IMG/VR virus record: IMGVR_UViG_3300012983_000034
Span: 1 to 64,000 of that record
DNA from: a virus
Lineage: Duplodnaviria > Caudoviricetes
Reading direction: 5' to 3' (one strand)
DNA: 64,000 nt
Made by a program: the position numbers and the translations under genes. Each line of letters begins with the position of its first letter. Position 1 is the stretch's first letter. The notes under the pieces are model-generated. The model did no database searches, was not told where the DNA came from, and saw only the letters and a list, made by a program, of their open reading frames with translations. This document shows positions 43,501-53,300 of the stretch, piece after piece.

Positions 43501-44891
43501 CAGAAGAACCATATGCTTATTATTTGTTTAACAGATGGGATAAGAGCGGTTTCTTAGATAATGGTTTTGATGAAAACGGAGTTAAAACTATTAACGCTAT
43601 ATTTGATAGATTTGAATACTCATCTACCGCTTTTGACGGAAAAGATTTGGCAGACCTCTCTCCTGTTGAAATTTATGCAATGAATAAGTTAGGCTTAGCA
43701 CGAGATGTTATTTCAGATGGCGACCCATATTCATTCTCATTAGGTTATGATTTTAACTATGACGATATTGAATCTGTTGAAATCATTGGTGAGAATAGTG
43801 AGTTTGGTAACAACTATAGTTCTACGGTTGAGTTTAACGGCAAAAATTATTTTGATACTGGTATTCAACTGTTTGACGAAGATAAAGATTTTATACTTGC
43901 AATGGATTATGAGTATACTGGCACTACTGCTAATGCTGTGCTTGCACAATGTTATCAAGGAAATGGTAGTATTGGATTTAAGTTGCAGTATAATAATGGC
44001 GTTCAGTTGAAGTGGGGTTCAAATACATCTAATGTTGCAAGTGTTAATGAAAGAGAAATGCTTGTTATCAGACATAAGAAAGGTGACACCAACCTAACTA
44101 TTTATAGTTCTAATCTGAACGAAACAGAAGTAGAAATTTCATCTCTTGCAAGTAAAGAGTTTACATCTACAACCACTTTGATGTTCGGTTGTGAAAAACA
44201 GACATCTACAATCTTTGCTAATTATGCTTCTGGCAAAATACATTGGGCGAAGATTTGGTACAAAGATTTGGGCGAAGATGTTTGTAAGAAGCTTGCTTTG
44301 TGGACACACGAAAATATCGGTTTCAATGCTTGCGGATTTAACAGATATTATTTGGTAGACAATCCTGACGGTATGTGTTCATTTAGCTTGGTTGGTTCAC
44401 ATTTATTGGAAAGAACGAGACAGATGAATACTACGGATACTAATGTTGGAGGTTGGGCTAACTCAGAGTTAAACAACTTCTTGAATGGCAGATTGTATAA
44501 CGCCATACCCACACAAATCAGGTCTTTAATCAAGCCCGTAGTTGTTTGGTCGTCTATTGGCGGTGGTTCTACAACGACTCCTTCAACAGAGCTTTCATCT
44601 TCTAGTTGTTATGTTTCAATTCCGTCTGTTAAGGATGTAGACGGAATTAATACAAGTGGCGTGGCAAATAGCGACCCGTATAATAGCGAAAGCTTTACTC
44701 CTGTTTCAATTTTCTCAAGTGTTGACGCAAGAAAACGAGCGTTTGAAAACGGAGATTATAATGACTACTGGTTGCGTTCACCTGCAATTAATTATCCAAG
44801 ATATTTTTGGAGAGTTGAAGCAGATGGTTCTTTATATGCCATTTCGCCTTCAACCGCTAAATATGGTGTGTTAATTGAGATTTCGTTTTAA
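37596..44891 (+). CDS. Giant multidomain tail/adsorption protein (BppU-like N-terminus, Ig-like, LamG-like, CotH-kinase-like, LRR, C-terminal DUF6273-like)
   Basis: LVDNLAKN...YDVDTACG; LEELNIEN/LKELYA/LTTLTVENC leucine-rich repeats; GGWANSELNNFLN...YWLRSP...YGV. Confidence 0.7.
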   Translation: MSLSFEDSLKQNIKNNNENNIAIDNISAEDVSVAMPDIMTLDETHMVAAYSGDDGNWQQHPDYVRYSSFSDDNISTINDTKDIVLNRKQFNITQEENSQYIPFEMPRYYDGFDLARTTISIHYQTKSGRHGASKPVNVTFNDEKIRFGWLVDAGATLDVGMLEFEIHAYGTIAGTDGVSKSYTWKTKRNKDLNVLESLCDCNDVINNIDDTWMQELITDVAEKVADEIKNVAVGEQVEAAENAAAEAEKYAKDAQSSAETAASVANTAVTTALKDYAKTEYVDEAIASVDVSEQLKNYVKTSDLQENYYNKTETEQRVSTVLENYATKDDVATAITEADISEKLNDYYTKSETYSKTEVDTALGNVKVDLTGYATETYVDNKVTPLSSSIGTNAENISSLSKTVGELQGEVNSIDKSPRLTYDVEYNDAENPDVGENVFVFYEIENEGKENEVKEAKKKFTIVGGSGGGATSSSLKIGYVTTSPLVVTINDTAIIKYTFSGTDSSGDAVPEGNATWKINGKTIATNIALNGENSFDVTEYLSVGTQKVNLSIVDEAGSLVTKTWTVQKIDVRLESTFNDKLTYPMGTVSFDYTPYGAVSKDIHFVLDGKEIGKITTASSGIPMGYEIPAQTHGSHLLEVYMDTEINGNAIESNHIVKDILWYDTTSAVPVIGSTYQSFTARQYDATNIEYTVYDPTTETPTVEIAVDGVVVSTPTLDKSTNVYSFKTDVVGEHIITITCGETVKTLKANITKLDIDIAPVTAGLAFDFNPSGKSNNDVDRVWTDGTVSMSVSDNFDWINGGYQFDENGDQYFCIKAGTSAEIDYQLFADDAKKNGKEMKLVFKTTNVSKPDATFLSCMDNTTDTDHIGIQMDVHEAFIYGQAGKLDLSYSEEDIIEFEFNISKNTEAIPMVMGYEDGVSTRPMVYDDSHNFTQNTPKVISLGSEDCDLHIYRFKVYNTSLTDRGILNNFIADARNAEEMVSRYDRNQIYDENQNLDPDVLAEKCPWLRVYKISAPYFTNNKSDKVPNTTIQQIYKNGDPVLDNWTCYDCSHSGQGTSSNNYGAAGRNLDFIMNKSQIEGVKPYFKLGDGTVTDKITLTRTSVPVAYLNAKVNIASSNNMTNAMLANRYNEFQPYNRPFVRTASLSDVYSDEEISAMTEEEQSAALTKLQEKVDAETSYIKDTMEFHNCVIFIQETNEDASTHREFADNDWHFYAIGNIGDSKKSDKTRLTDMDDKYECCVEIMDVELPLSDFPVDTMYNAMGYKEDETTHEKKYIWAKNENLGILYEKINGEYVLTEDTEVDLNKTYYVDILEHDDFSEDFTYGWRYLYEGDDDEENAEVFDYCKQKWIELYRFITTSTDEEFKNRFDEYFVKDTALYYFLFAMRYCLVDNLAKNSFWHYSKTGEIDAQGNPIRKWSLDWLYDVDTACGLNNYGKQVYRYGLETTDTDEKGEEIFRESDSTFFCRIRDLFPAELKTMYNTLESKNAWHAESFINKADEWQSQFPEELWRVDIERKYIRTYNGSFINGEGDAQFLTNMANGKMKYHRRQWERSQEKYMASKYQSSVASGDNSVFRCSVPNGDLVVKPNYRLKLTPYAYMYLNVKYGTQNPIQLRAEPNKTYEIPFDGDKADIVDVYSSSLIQDFGDLSSCYVATADTSKASKVKKLIFGNETEGYDNPNFTTLTTGANYLLEELNIENVSGLTQSLNLTALNNLKELYAHGSNIGGVTFADGGKIEIAELPAINALTMKNLIYLATLDITNLRKLTTLTVENCNTVDLLTMLNQATNVNRVRIIGIDWNLADTSLLERLYEMKGIDKNGYNADQSVLTGTVTVPVIGQYELYKYQEAWSDLTIIPTTVIKQFAVTFKNDDGAVLDIQYVDQFQNAVDPITREENPIATPTKKSTISHDYTYAGWDSSLVNIIEDRTITATYTESLRKYTAQYVSKGVIFKTANGLYGDNIVCDDIPVYTAEEPYAYYLFNRWDKSGFLDNGFDENGVKTINAIFDRFEYSSTAFDGKDLADLSPVEIYAMNKLGLARDVISDGDPYSFSLGYDFNYDDIESVEIIGENSEFGNNYSSTVEFNGKNYFDTGIQLFDEDKDFILAMDYEYTGTTANAVLAQCYQGNGSIGFKLQYNNGVQLKWGSNTSNVASVNEREMLVIRHKKGDTNLTIYSSNLNETEVEISSLASKEFTSTTTLMFGCEKQTSTIFANYASGKIHWAKIWYKDLGEDVCKKLALWTHENIGFNACGFNRYYLVDNPDGMCSFSLVGSHLLERTRQMNTTDTNVGGWANSELNNFLNGRLYNAIPTQIRSLIKPVVVWSSIGGGSTTTPSTELSSSSCYVSIPSVKDVDGINTSGVANSDPYNSESFTPVSIFSSVDARKRAFENGDYNDYWLRSPAINYPRYFWRVEADGSLYAISPSTAKYGVLIEISF

Positions 44892-44899
44892 TTTTTGAT

Positions 44900-44928
44900 G
44901 GAGGTAGGTTGTTCCTACCTCCTCTTTT
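44900..44928 (+). terminator. GC-rich hairpin/terminator after the giant gene
   Basis: GGAGGTAGG-TTGTT-CCTACCTCC + TCTTTT. Confidence 0.65.
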
Positions 44929-44945
44929 AGTGAGGTAAATGAATT

Positions 44946-45260
44946 ATGTTTTATAAAGTATTAAAAAACAATAAAGTTATAGATGTGCTTCAAGGTCTCA
45001 CTTATTTAAAATATCAGCCAAAGAATAAAATTATGGTTTTAAGTGATATAAACGAGGCACAAGCAATTCTTTCTTCTGACGGAAACACCATATGGCATGA
45101 GGTATCTTTATATGAATTACCTGTAAGTGGATATGATACAGTGGAAGTTGTTGAGATTGACGAGTATGAATATAGACAATTAAAGGTTCTTAATATGAAA
45201 TCACCTGAACAAATAATTGACGAATATAATTTGTTGTTATTGGAAATGGGGGTTATCTAA
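44946..45260 (+). CDS. Small tail fibre-associated protein
   Basis: GAGGT RBS; translationally coupled to the XkdX-like ORF. Confidence 0.6.
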   Translation: MFYKVLKNNKVIDVLQGLTYLKYQPKNKIMVLSDINEAQAILSSDGNTIWHEVSLYELPVSGYDTVEVVEIDEYEYRQLKVLNMKSPEQIIDEYNLLLLEMGVI

Positions 45261-45391
45261 TGAATCAGTTTGTTGAATCTATAAAACGCTTATATCGTAA
45301 TGGTATGGTATCCGAAGAAAAGATAATTGAATTATATAAGAATGGTAAAATAACAGAGAATGAAAAGAGTTATATCTTGGAAGTCAATTGA
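45260..45391 (+). CDS. XkdX-like small protein (43 aa; not in ORF track)
   Basis: MNQFVESIKRLYRNG...NGKITENEKSYIL; TAATG stop/start overlap. Confidence 0.7.
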   Translation: MNQFVESIKRLYRNGMVSEEKIIELYKNGKITENEKSYILEVN

Positions 45392-45451
45392 GTACTCTAA
45401 TACTCTATTAGGGTTTTATATAAATATTATTTTATAAAGGAGGAAACGAAT

Positions 45452-46408
45452 ATGGCTGACAGAGCAAAACACGCATTTGGTATGCTTGAAAACATTGATG
45501 CTGCTCTTTCAAAAGGCACAATTGATGCTTATGACATTTTATTTGTCAAAGATGCAGAAGGCAAACCCTATGTAGGTTGGATTGACAAAGACGGCAATAA
45601 AGTAATTGTTCAAGAAGACGAAAAAATTGTTCGTGTAGCAGAGCTTCCTATTGTTGATGGGAACAGCGATGTAATCTACATTTATAACAATGAAGGTTAT
45701 ATCTGGGATGGTACAAAATGCATCCCCCTTTCCAAATCAACAGACCTCTCTGAGTTAGAGGCAGAAATTGCAACAAAGGCTGATGCTAAAGAAATCAACA
45801 CCAAATTTGGCGAAATTGAAACTGCTTTGGACGATGTGGCAAATGCATCACATACTCACGAAAAGATTAAGTATGAGTTTACAAATGTTCCTGTTGGTAC
45901 TCTCGTAGATTATCGTGAGAACGAAATCAGAGTTATGTGCCCTGCTGATGCAGTATTTACAAAGCAATCTGTTGGTGCTGGTGGCAATCCCAATAATTAT
46001 TATGCGACATTTAAGACATATGCGCCTAATGACGATGTTGTTGGTTACATTGAACATTTGGGAAACCAAGTTGACAGCGAAGTTTTGACTGATTTAAAAA
46101 TAGACGAGTACGGCAGAAAGTATCAACCTACTTGGCTGGGCATTGCATCTTATGATGAGTCAACTGATACTTGGACTTATCTTGGTGAGAATTCATCGAA
46201 GGATAAGTATATTGGTTGGGACTATCAAATCGACTGGTACAATGCTGACGGTGTAATGATTGCATCGGATAGTATAAGAATTAATTTGTCTAACGAAAAT
46301 TGTCATTCATCTATTGAACCTTATTATGTAGGCAAGATGATGAATGAAGTTGATAAGAAAATTGAAACTGCTGTTGCCCAATACACAATTGAAGTCGTTG
46401 AATTTTAA
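45452..46408 (+). CDS. Tail fibre-associated structural protein
   Basis: AGGAGG RBS; ends IEVVEF like 36840-37541. Confidence 0.6.
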   Translation: MADRAKHAFGMLENIDAALSKGTIDAYDILFVKDAEGKPYVGWIDKDGNKVIVQEDEKIVRVAELPIVDGNSDVIYIYNNEGYIWDGTKCIPLSKSTDLSELEAEIATKADAKEINTKFGEIETALDDVANASHTHEKIKYEFTNVPVGTLVDYRENEIRVMCPADAVFTKQSVGAGGNPNNYYATFKTYAPNDDVVGYIEHLGNQVDSEVLTDLKIDEYGRKYQPTWLGIASYDESTDTWTYLGENSSKDKYIGWDYQIDWYNADGVMIASDSIRINLSNENCHSSIEPYYVGKMMNEVDKKIETAVAQYTIEVVEF

Positions 46409-46466
46409 GAAGGTGCAGCAAATATGAAAAACTTAATATTAACAAGTAAGGAGGTGACGATGAAAA

Positions 46467-47693
46467 ATGGCTAATGTAGAAAATGGCGCATTACAATCTG
46501 CAATAAATAATGCCGCTGTTGGTGAGACACTTGTATTAACAAGTGATATGGTGCTGACAGGTCGGGTAACTGTGTCAAATGTGGTGACTATTGACCTTAA
46601 TGGTCACGTTATTACTGGCAACGTTAACGACGGCTATGGAGCGATTTATGTGGGGACAAATGGTGTTTTAACCATTAAAGATAGTAGTTCTGCTAAGACT
46701 GGTGCTATCATTAACACTGTTGGAAATGCCATTGGTAACTTTGGTATTGTCAATATATATGACGGTACATTTACAGGAGATTATGCTTTGTATAATTTCC
46801 ATTACAATGACTCTATTTATGGGACTTCCGTTATATATGGTGGCACATTCAAATCTGCTGTTGACGGTCATCCATCAGTTGCAAACTGCGGTGATTTGAC
46901 GGTTAATGGCGGTACTATTGAACTCCTTGATACAACAAATGTGTTAAATGTTACTGGTGGCGCTATCGAATCTTTGTATGTTGGTATTGCAGATTATAAT
47001 CCCGAAAAACAAAGAACTTCTGTTAGTGGCGGTAATATTGTTAACTTAGATGTTGCAGAGGATAGCGACAATAAAGTTGTTGTCTCTGGTGGAACATTTG
47101 GTTGTGAAATCGATAGTCGGTATTTGGCTGACGGTTTTGAGCTTTCTTATAATGAAAGTACTGGCAGCTATGGTGCCATTGCGGATTCTAGTGTTGCAAG
47201 TAGTGGATTAAAAGTAATAGCCACATCGTCATCTAAAATCAGAGATTTGATTATTCGAGATAATCAGCTAATTTTCATTAGGGACTTAGGCAGAATTGCT
47301 TTTGATTCCAAAGGAAAGCGTGTCTTCTATAATCAGATTGTAGAATTAGAAACTGAAGCCGATAGATTGGCTTTGGTAAATCCTGCTGGTGGCTACTATT
47401 TTGTAATTGGGTCTGCGTGTTTATGGTTCTATAAAAACGGTTGGACTCAGATTACTGAAAGACCTCAAGAAGTTTTGTTTATCGGCGTTGAAATCCCTGA
47501 GCTTGGTCAAGAAGGTAAACTTTATGTCGATACTGATGATAGAGAAATTTCTGTATGGGATGACGAAACAGATAAATATATAAAAGTTTCCAATTTCACA
47601 GAAGAAGCAACAGATGTCGATATTGAGAGTTTATTTGATACAGACTCTGATACCGATGCCGATGTAGAGACTGATACCGAGGTTGAAACTTGA
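46467..47693 (+). CDS. Beta-helix (pectin-lyase-like) containing structural protein
   Basis: LQSAIN..TIDLNGHVI..IYGGTF..VSGGTF repeats; C-terminal ATDVDIESLF. Confidence 0.65.
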   Translation: MANVENGALQSAINNAAVGETLVLTSDMVLTGRVTVSNVVTIDLNGHVITGNVNDGYGAIYVGTNGVLTIKDSSSAKTGAIINTVGNAIGNFGIVNIYDGTFTGDYALYNFHYNDSIYGTSVIYGGTFKSAVDGHPSVANCGDLTVNGGTIELLDTTNVLNVTGGAIESLYVGIADYNPEKQRTSVSGGNIVNLDVAEDSDNKVVVSGGTFGCEIDSRYLADGFELSYNESTGSYGAIADSSVASSGLKVIATSSSKIRDLIIRDNQLIFIRDLGRIAFDSKGKRVFYNQIVELETEADRLALVNPAGGYYFVIGSACLWFYKNGWTQITERPQEVLFIGVEIPELGQEGKLYVDTDDREISVWDDETDKYIKVSNFTEEATDVDIESLFDTDSDTDADVETDTEVET

Positions 47694-47858
47694 TTTGATT
47701 AAATCATTTAATTACTAATTATTATTATTTTATGGTAATTTAACTCTCACTTAAAATGAGGGTTTTATTTGGTATATTGTTATGTTTAATATTGCGTTTA
47801 TCGCTTGGAAGTAAATTTATATATTATTAATTTTTTATTTAAAAGGAGAAAAATGATT

Positions 47859-49421
47859 ATGGCTACAAAAAAGTATGTATCTTTAGAGAAACTTGGTCTT
47901 TATGATGAGAAAATTAAGGGTGTAATTTCTGCTGGCGACGAAGCTGCTTTAGATGCTGCAAAGGCATATGCTGATGGTCTGGCTGGCAATTATGAAGCTG
48001 CTGGTACTATTGCTACCGCAAAGTCTGAGCTTGAAGGTAAAATTGCCACTGCTCAGGGCGCTGCTGATGGTGCCGCTGAAGCTGCTGCAAAAGCTCAGGG
48101 CGAAGTAGACGCTCTGGAAACTCTGGTTGGTACTCTTCCCGAAGGCTCTACTGTTACAAATGTTGTTGCTTATATCGATAAGAAGACTGAGGGTATTGCG
48201 TCCGAAGGTGCAATGACTGAGCTTTCTGGTCGTGTAAGCACCGTTGAGGGCAAAGTTACTACTATCGAAGGCGACTACCTGACTTCTGCTGACAAGACCG
48301 AGCTGAGCGATGCTATTGGCGCTGAGAAAACTCGTGCTGAGGGTATTGAGGCTGGTCTGCGTACCGATGTTGATGCTATTAAGGCTGACTACCTGAAGGA
48401 AGAGGATAAGACCGCTCTTCAGAATAGCATTGATGGCGTTGCAGAGGATGTTGCTGATATCGTCAAGGACTATCTGACTTCTGCTGATAAGACCGAACTT
48501 CAGGGCAAGATTGACGCTAAGGCTGCTCAGACCGCTCTGGACGCTGAGGTTACTCGTGCTACTGGCGTTGAAGAGGGATTGCAGACTCAGATTAACACAA
48601 TTATGAACAACCCTGATGCTGAGGGTGCTATCAACTCTATTAATGAGTTTACTACTTGGGTTAGTGAGCACGGTACTATTGCTGACGGTATGAGAACCGA
48701 TATCAACAAGAATAAGGATGATATCGCTGCAATGGATACCGCTTACAAGGCTGCTGACACCGCTCTGTCTGGTCGTCTGGACACTCTGGAAGCTATTGAC
48801 CACGAGGCTTATGTCGCTGCTGACACTGCTCTGAAGACTGAGCTTGAGGGCAAGATTAATGCTAAGGCTGATGCTTCTGTCGTATCTTCTCAGGGCGAAG
48901 CTATCGCTGCTCTTCAGGGTGCTGACACCACTCTCTCTGGTCGTATCGACGCTCTGGAGGGTGCCGTTGGCGAGTCTGGTTCTGTAGCAGAGGATATCGC
49001 TGCTGCTAAGCAGGAGGCTATTGATGCTGCTGCTACCGATGCTACTTCCAAGGCAAACGCCGCTGAGTCCGCTGCTAAGGGTCACGCAGATTCTCTGAAT
49101 ACTGCAATGAACACTCGTGTAGAGGCTCTTGAGGCTATTGACCACGACCATGCTAACAAGGCAGAGCTTGACCTGATTGCTACTGGCGATAAGGCTAAGT
49201 GGGATGCCGCTGCTGGCAAGGCTCACGAGCATAGTAATCTGTCTGTTCTTGAAGGTATTACCTCTGCAAAAGTAACCGCTTGGGACGCTGCTGAGGGCAA
49301 TGCTAAGTCTTATGCCGATACAGAGATTGCTAAGGACAGAACTCGTCTCGACGCTGTTGAGGCTGGTCTTGCTTCCTTCGTAGAAGTAAGTGAGCAAGAA
49401 ATTTTGGATTTATTTGCATAA
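47859..49421 (+). CDS. Highly expressed coiled-coil fibre protein
   Basis: RAEGIEAGL, LSGRLDTLE heptads; capsid-like codon bias; RBS AAGGAG. Confidence 0.7.
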   Translation: MATKKYVSLEKLGLYDEKIKGVISAGDEAALDAAKAYADGLAGNYEAAGTIATAKSELEGKIATAQGAADGAAEAAAKAQGEVDALETLVGTLPEGSTVTNVVAYIDKKTEGIASEGAMTELSGRVSTVEGKVTTIEGDYLTSADKTELSDAIGAEKTRAEGIEAGLRTDVDAIKADYLKEEDKTALQNSIDGVAEDVADIVKDYLTSADKTELQGKIDAKAAQTALDAEVTRATGVEEGLQTQINTIMNNPDAEGAINSINEFTTWVSEHGTIADGMRTDINKNKDDIAAMDTAYKAADTALSGRLDTLEAIDHEAYVAADTALKTELEGKINAKADASVVSSQGEAIAALQGADTTLSGRIDALEGAVGESGSVAEDIAAAKQEAIDAAATDATSKANAAESAAKGHADSLNTAMNTRVEALEAIDHDHANKAELDLIATGDKAKWDAAAGKAHEHSNLSVLEGITSAKVTAWDAAEGNAKSYADTEIAKDRTRLDAVEAGLASFVEVSEQEILDLFA

Positions 49422-49462
49422 ATAGCTTTAATTTAAAGTTGTTTAACTAATAAATATATACA

Positions 49463-49488
49463 AGGAGACCTCTTAATTGAGGTCTCCT
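49463..49488. terminator. Hairpin/terminator
   Basis: AGGAGACCTC-TTAATT-GAGGTCTCCT. Confidence 0.6.
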
Positions 49489-49533
49489 ATCTCTAAACAA
49501 AAATGAATGAAAAAATATTAATTTGAAAGGGGC

Positions 49534-49980
49534 GTGAATATCATGAAGATGTATTATAATAACGTTCCAATAAAATCTTTAAATGTTAAACATTATGAAC
49601 TTGATACCAATTCGGCTACGATGGTTCCTTCTGACCTTCAGACGGGTGTTACAGCATTCGCAAAAGGTAAGAAGGTAGAAGGCACAGGCAAAGCGTTTGA
49701 ATTTGCAATGTATGGAGATTGGAATACAAATACTCCAATTGTTGTTCCCTCAACAATAAATGTTGTTCAAGTTGGAAGTCTTAACTACCCGATAAGAATG
49801 ACTAATTCTGTATACAATATGAATTCTCTTGATTTTACGAAAACACAAAAAATAGCAGAAGTAACTATTGAAGGAACCGTATATTCTATTTCTGCATCTG
49901 TACAAAATGGAATGTTGACTATTTTTTGTGACAATACAATAGAAATACAATTATTTTTTGGAAAGGACAATTATAGGTAA
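49534..49980 (+). CDS. Small fibre-associated protein
   Basis: ATMVPSDLQTGVTAFAKGKKVEGT fibre-type motif. Confidence 0.55.
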   Translation: MNIMKMYYNNVPIKSLNVKHYELDTNSATMVPSDLQTGVTAFAKGKKVEGTGKAFEFAMYGDWNTNTPIVVPSTINVVQVGSLNYPIRMTNSVYNMNSLDFTKTQKIAEVTIEGTVYSISASVQNGMLTIFCDNTIEIQLFFGKDNYR

Positions 49981-49985
49981 ATATT

Positions 49986-50207
49986 ATGGATAAAAAAAAT
50001 GTAAATCTTCAATATCGGTACGCTTACATAAATTTAGAAACTGGCGAATGTCTTGGTTGTGCAACATTTAGTTATGAAATTATTCATGAAGCTTATATTT
50101 CTGTTCCTCACGGAGATAACACTTATGTTGGTCTCTTTTATAATCAACAGGACGGTCTTTGGTATACAGATGGAACTTTCAGCGTATTGGCTGATGGATT
50201 CAACTAA
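49986..50207 (+). CDS. Small hypothetical protein (fibre chaperone-like)
   Basis: YAYINLETGEC..YVG..Y pattern. Confidence 0.5.
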   Translation: MDKKNVNLQYRYAYINLETGECLGCATFSYEIIHEAYISVPHGDNTYVGLFYNQQDGLWYTDGTFSVLADGFN

Positions 50208-50253
50208 TTAATAACGCAAACAATAACAATTAAATACAGAAAACAAAAATCTT

Positions 50254-50286
50254 ACGAGGGTAGTCCTCTACCCTCGTTTTATTTTA
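50254..50286 (+). terminator. Rho-independent terminator
   Basis: ACGAGGGTAG-TCCT-CTACCCTCGT + TTTATTTT. Confidence 0.75.
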
Positions 50287-50398
50287 AATATAATTTTATT
50301 TTGTAATTATGTGTGATAGCTAGACACATAAAAACAAATAAATAAAATTTTTAAAAATTAAATTCTCTATAATCTATATAGAAAGGAGAAAAAATAAA

Positions 50399-53300
50399 AT
50401 GGCAACAAGAAAATATGTGAGTTTGAATAAACTCTCAGTCTTCTTAGACAAGTTAAAAGCCACATTCGCCTCTCTCACACACACTCATTCATATGATGAG
50501 CTGAGAAACAAGCCGTTTTATGAAGGCACAGACTACTCTTCTGTCTTCGCTTCTACGGTAAATTTCTATGAATGGGGCGGCGGAGTTTATGGTGCTGCTG
50601 TTACAGATGCACCGAAAGTGCTTACTCAAAGTATATCTCATAAAGTTATATGGGATGGCGTAGAGTATACTATGACTTCTGCTTTTGCTGGCAACAACGA
50701 TGCTGGTAATCCTATTACATCTATTGGTGCTCCATATGGCGACTATTCAAACTATCCATTTGGTATTGATAGTTATATGACCGCATCTGGCACATATGAG
50801 TTTAGTATTCATACAAATTCAACTACTTCTACTCACACAATTGATATCTTAGAACTTGGTTCTAGTTTTGTGACTCTTGATGATAGATTTATTTCTGATA
50901 ACATTGCTAGAACTCTTGATGTTGATACTGCAATCGAAAACCTCAGAGATAATACTGATAAAGTTGCTAATGCTTTAAAAGGCTATGCAAGTGGGGAATC
51001 AGTGACTCTAACCGATGTTTCTCCATTAGAGCATGAAATTAAAGTAAAAATACAAACAAATGGCGAACAAATTGGAAAAGAACCTGCTCTTATTGGTGAG
51101 GAAAATATGTTGCAGTATGAAGGAGACATTGAATTTGGTAAAAGCTATACAATAGATTCTTATGGCTATAATGATGACGAGGGAACAGACTATATTGGTT
51201 TTTATAATGACTATGAAGAATATTGCCTTCTAATAATTTATTCATATGAACATTCAATTTCTTCTATAGAAGAAATTAGTAATTATAATTTTATACGATT
51301 CGAAATGAAAGATGAAGAAGAAGGTTGGGAAGCTTATCTTGAACCAGATGATTTCTCTTCTGTTAGAGTAACCGTATCTGGTACAGGAGAAAAGTTCGCC
51401 TTGGGGAATTATGAGAATAGCGGTGGCGATTGCTGGGATAACAATGGAACTTTTATTGTAGAATCGGTAGAATCGGCTGATGATTTTGATTACGGAATAA
51501 TCTATTTTACAAATGGCACATATTACGAGGGAACAATAAGGAATGATAATATACAAGCGGGGGATAAAGCAAAAATTGAATACAACTATGACCCTGCTTA
51601 TGAATACAACGTTCCTTGTCTTGTTATTATTAAAGGTGATTATATAGAACCTACAATATACACGCCAAATAAAGAAGGTGTTATTTCTGGTATTATTGGA
51701 GATGGAAAAGTTATAATCATTTCAAATAATAAAGACTATATACTTGAAGTAGAATATAATAGAGACATAAATGGAATAATAAGCGATATTTCCAATGAGG
51801 TTGTCAGCGTACAAAGCAAAGCAGATAGCGCATATAACATTGCAAATAACGCACAGACTACCGCAAATAACGCTCTTGATAAGGCAAATGGTGCACAGAC
51901 TACCGCAAATAACGCTCTTGATAAGGCAAATGGCGCACAAAGCGTAGCAACTAATGCGCAGACTACTGCAAATAATGCTCTTGATAAAATAGAACAAATG
52001 TCTAATCCGAGCGTCATCACTGGTACAGCAAATGGTTCCGCCGTAGCATTGACTGATATTTCGCCTTTGGAACACGAAATCGGTGTGAAATTGGCGAGTG
52101 ACACATTGACCGATTTTTCTTCCGTCACCTTGACCAAGTACGGAAAGAACATTTTTAGCGATAGTATTCAGTTTACGGGCGTGAATTTTGAAGAAAACGG
52201 AGATAAGATTTTTGCTCCTCGTAACTACGATGTAGAGGGAGCAAGAAACGAATATATAGGTTTTACTATAACGGATATATGGCAATTAGCGTATGACAGA
52301 GGATTAAGCCTTACTGTTTCTTTTGATATGAAAGCCGCAAAAGAAGGGCAAATTCTAATTTATACTCTCGGAAAACCCCGTTTGACTCATAACCAATGGC
52401 ACGATGTTACCACCGAATGGCAACATTTTAGTTTCACCGCAACAACTTATATCGAGCCGAATGCCGATGGAAGCGATGATTGCGATTTATCTTTTTATGG
52501 CACTTATGAAAGTGGTGTTACTCCTTTTTTGAAGAATATTCAAATAGAGATAGGCACAATGGAAACGGAATATGAACAATTCCAAAAGCAAACATACACA
52601 CCCAATGCTGACGGAACGGTTGACGGTGTAACAAGCTTTTATCCCACAACTACACTTTTGACCAATGTAGAAGGTATAACCATTACAGCAGAATATATTA
52701 AAAATGTAAATGATGCTCTTAATATCGAACCCTCTAATGAAGCAGATACTTCTCTTGTAGTTGGTGCCAACATTTCTGATGTTCTTCGTTATACCAAACA
52801 AGATTTAACTGATGCTCAAAAAGCTCAAGCAAGGAATAATATTGAAGCGGTGAGTAGAGATGAAGTTGGTATTGTTATAGAAACATCAGTCAATTTATTC
52901 AATAGAAACGATGCAAGAAACAAATACAACACCTTCATTTTGGGCGGCTACAATGCTTTTAATGGCTATATTGTTTCTCACCCCATTTATATGAAAGCAG
53001 GCGTTTCTTATAAATATCGTTTCCACGGCAGTTTAGGAACAAATCAAGTTGTTGCTAGAGTTGAAGCCGATACAAGCGAAATTCTGCAAGAGTACACTTA
53101 CAATGTTGAAAACGTTGAGTATGTTTCTTTCACGCCAACCGAAAGCGGTTATTATGTAGTAAATCTCGGTAATGCTTCGGATGTTTTGGAATATTTTATG
53201 GTATGCCGTGAGAACGAATATCCTAGCAATTTTGTGGAGTTTGGAACAAAAACGACAACAACGACTATGAGAAATCCTCTTTTGGGTAAAAGCATTGCTC

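Noticed and set aside
47949-49397. 482-aa minus-strand ORF
   Set aside because: Antisense shadow of a codon-biased fibre gene; Ser/Leu-rich with no RBS or domain
51845-51990. Tandem 42-bp repeats (also 32100-32260 and 36260-36460) as a CRISPR array
   Set aside because: In-frame coding repeats without unique spacers; no cas genes
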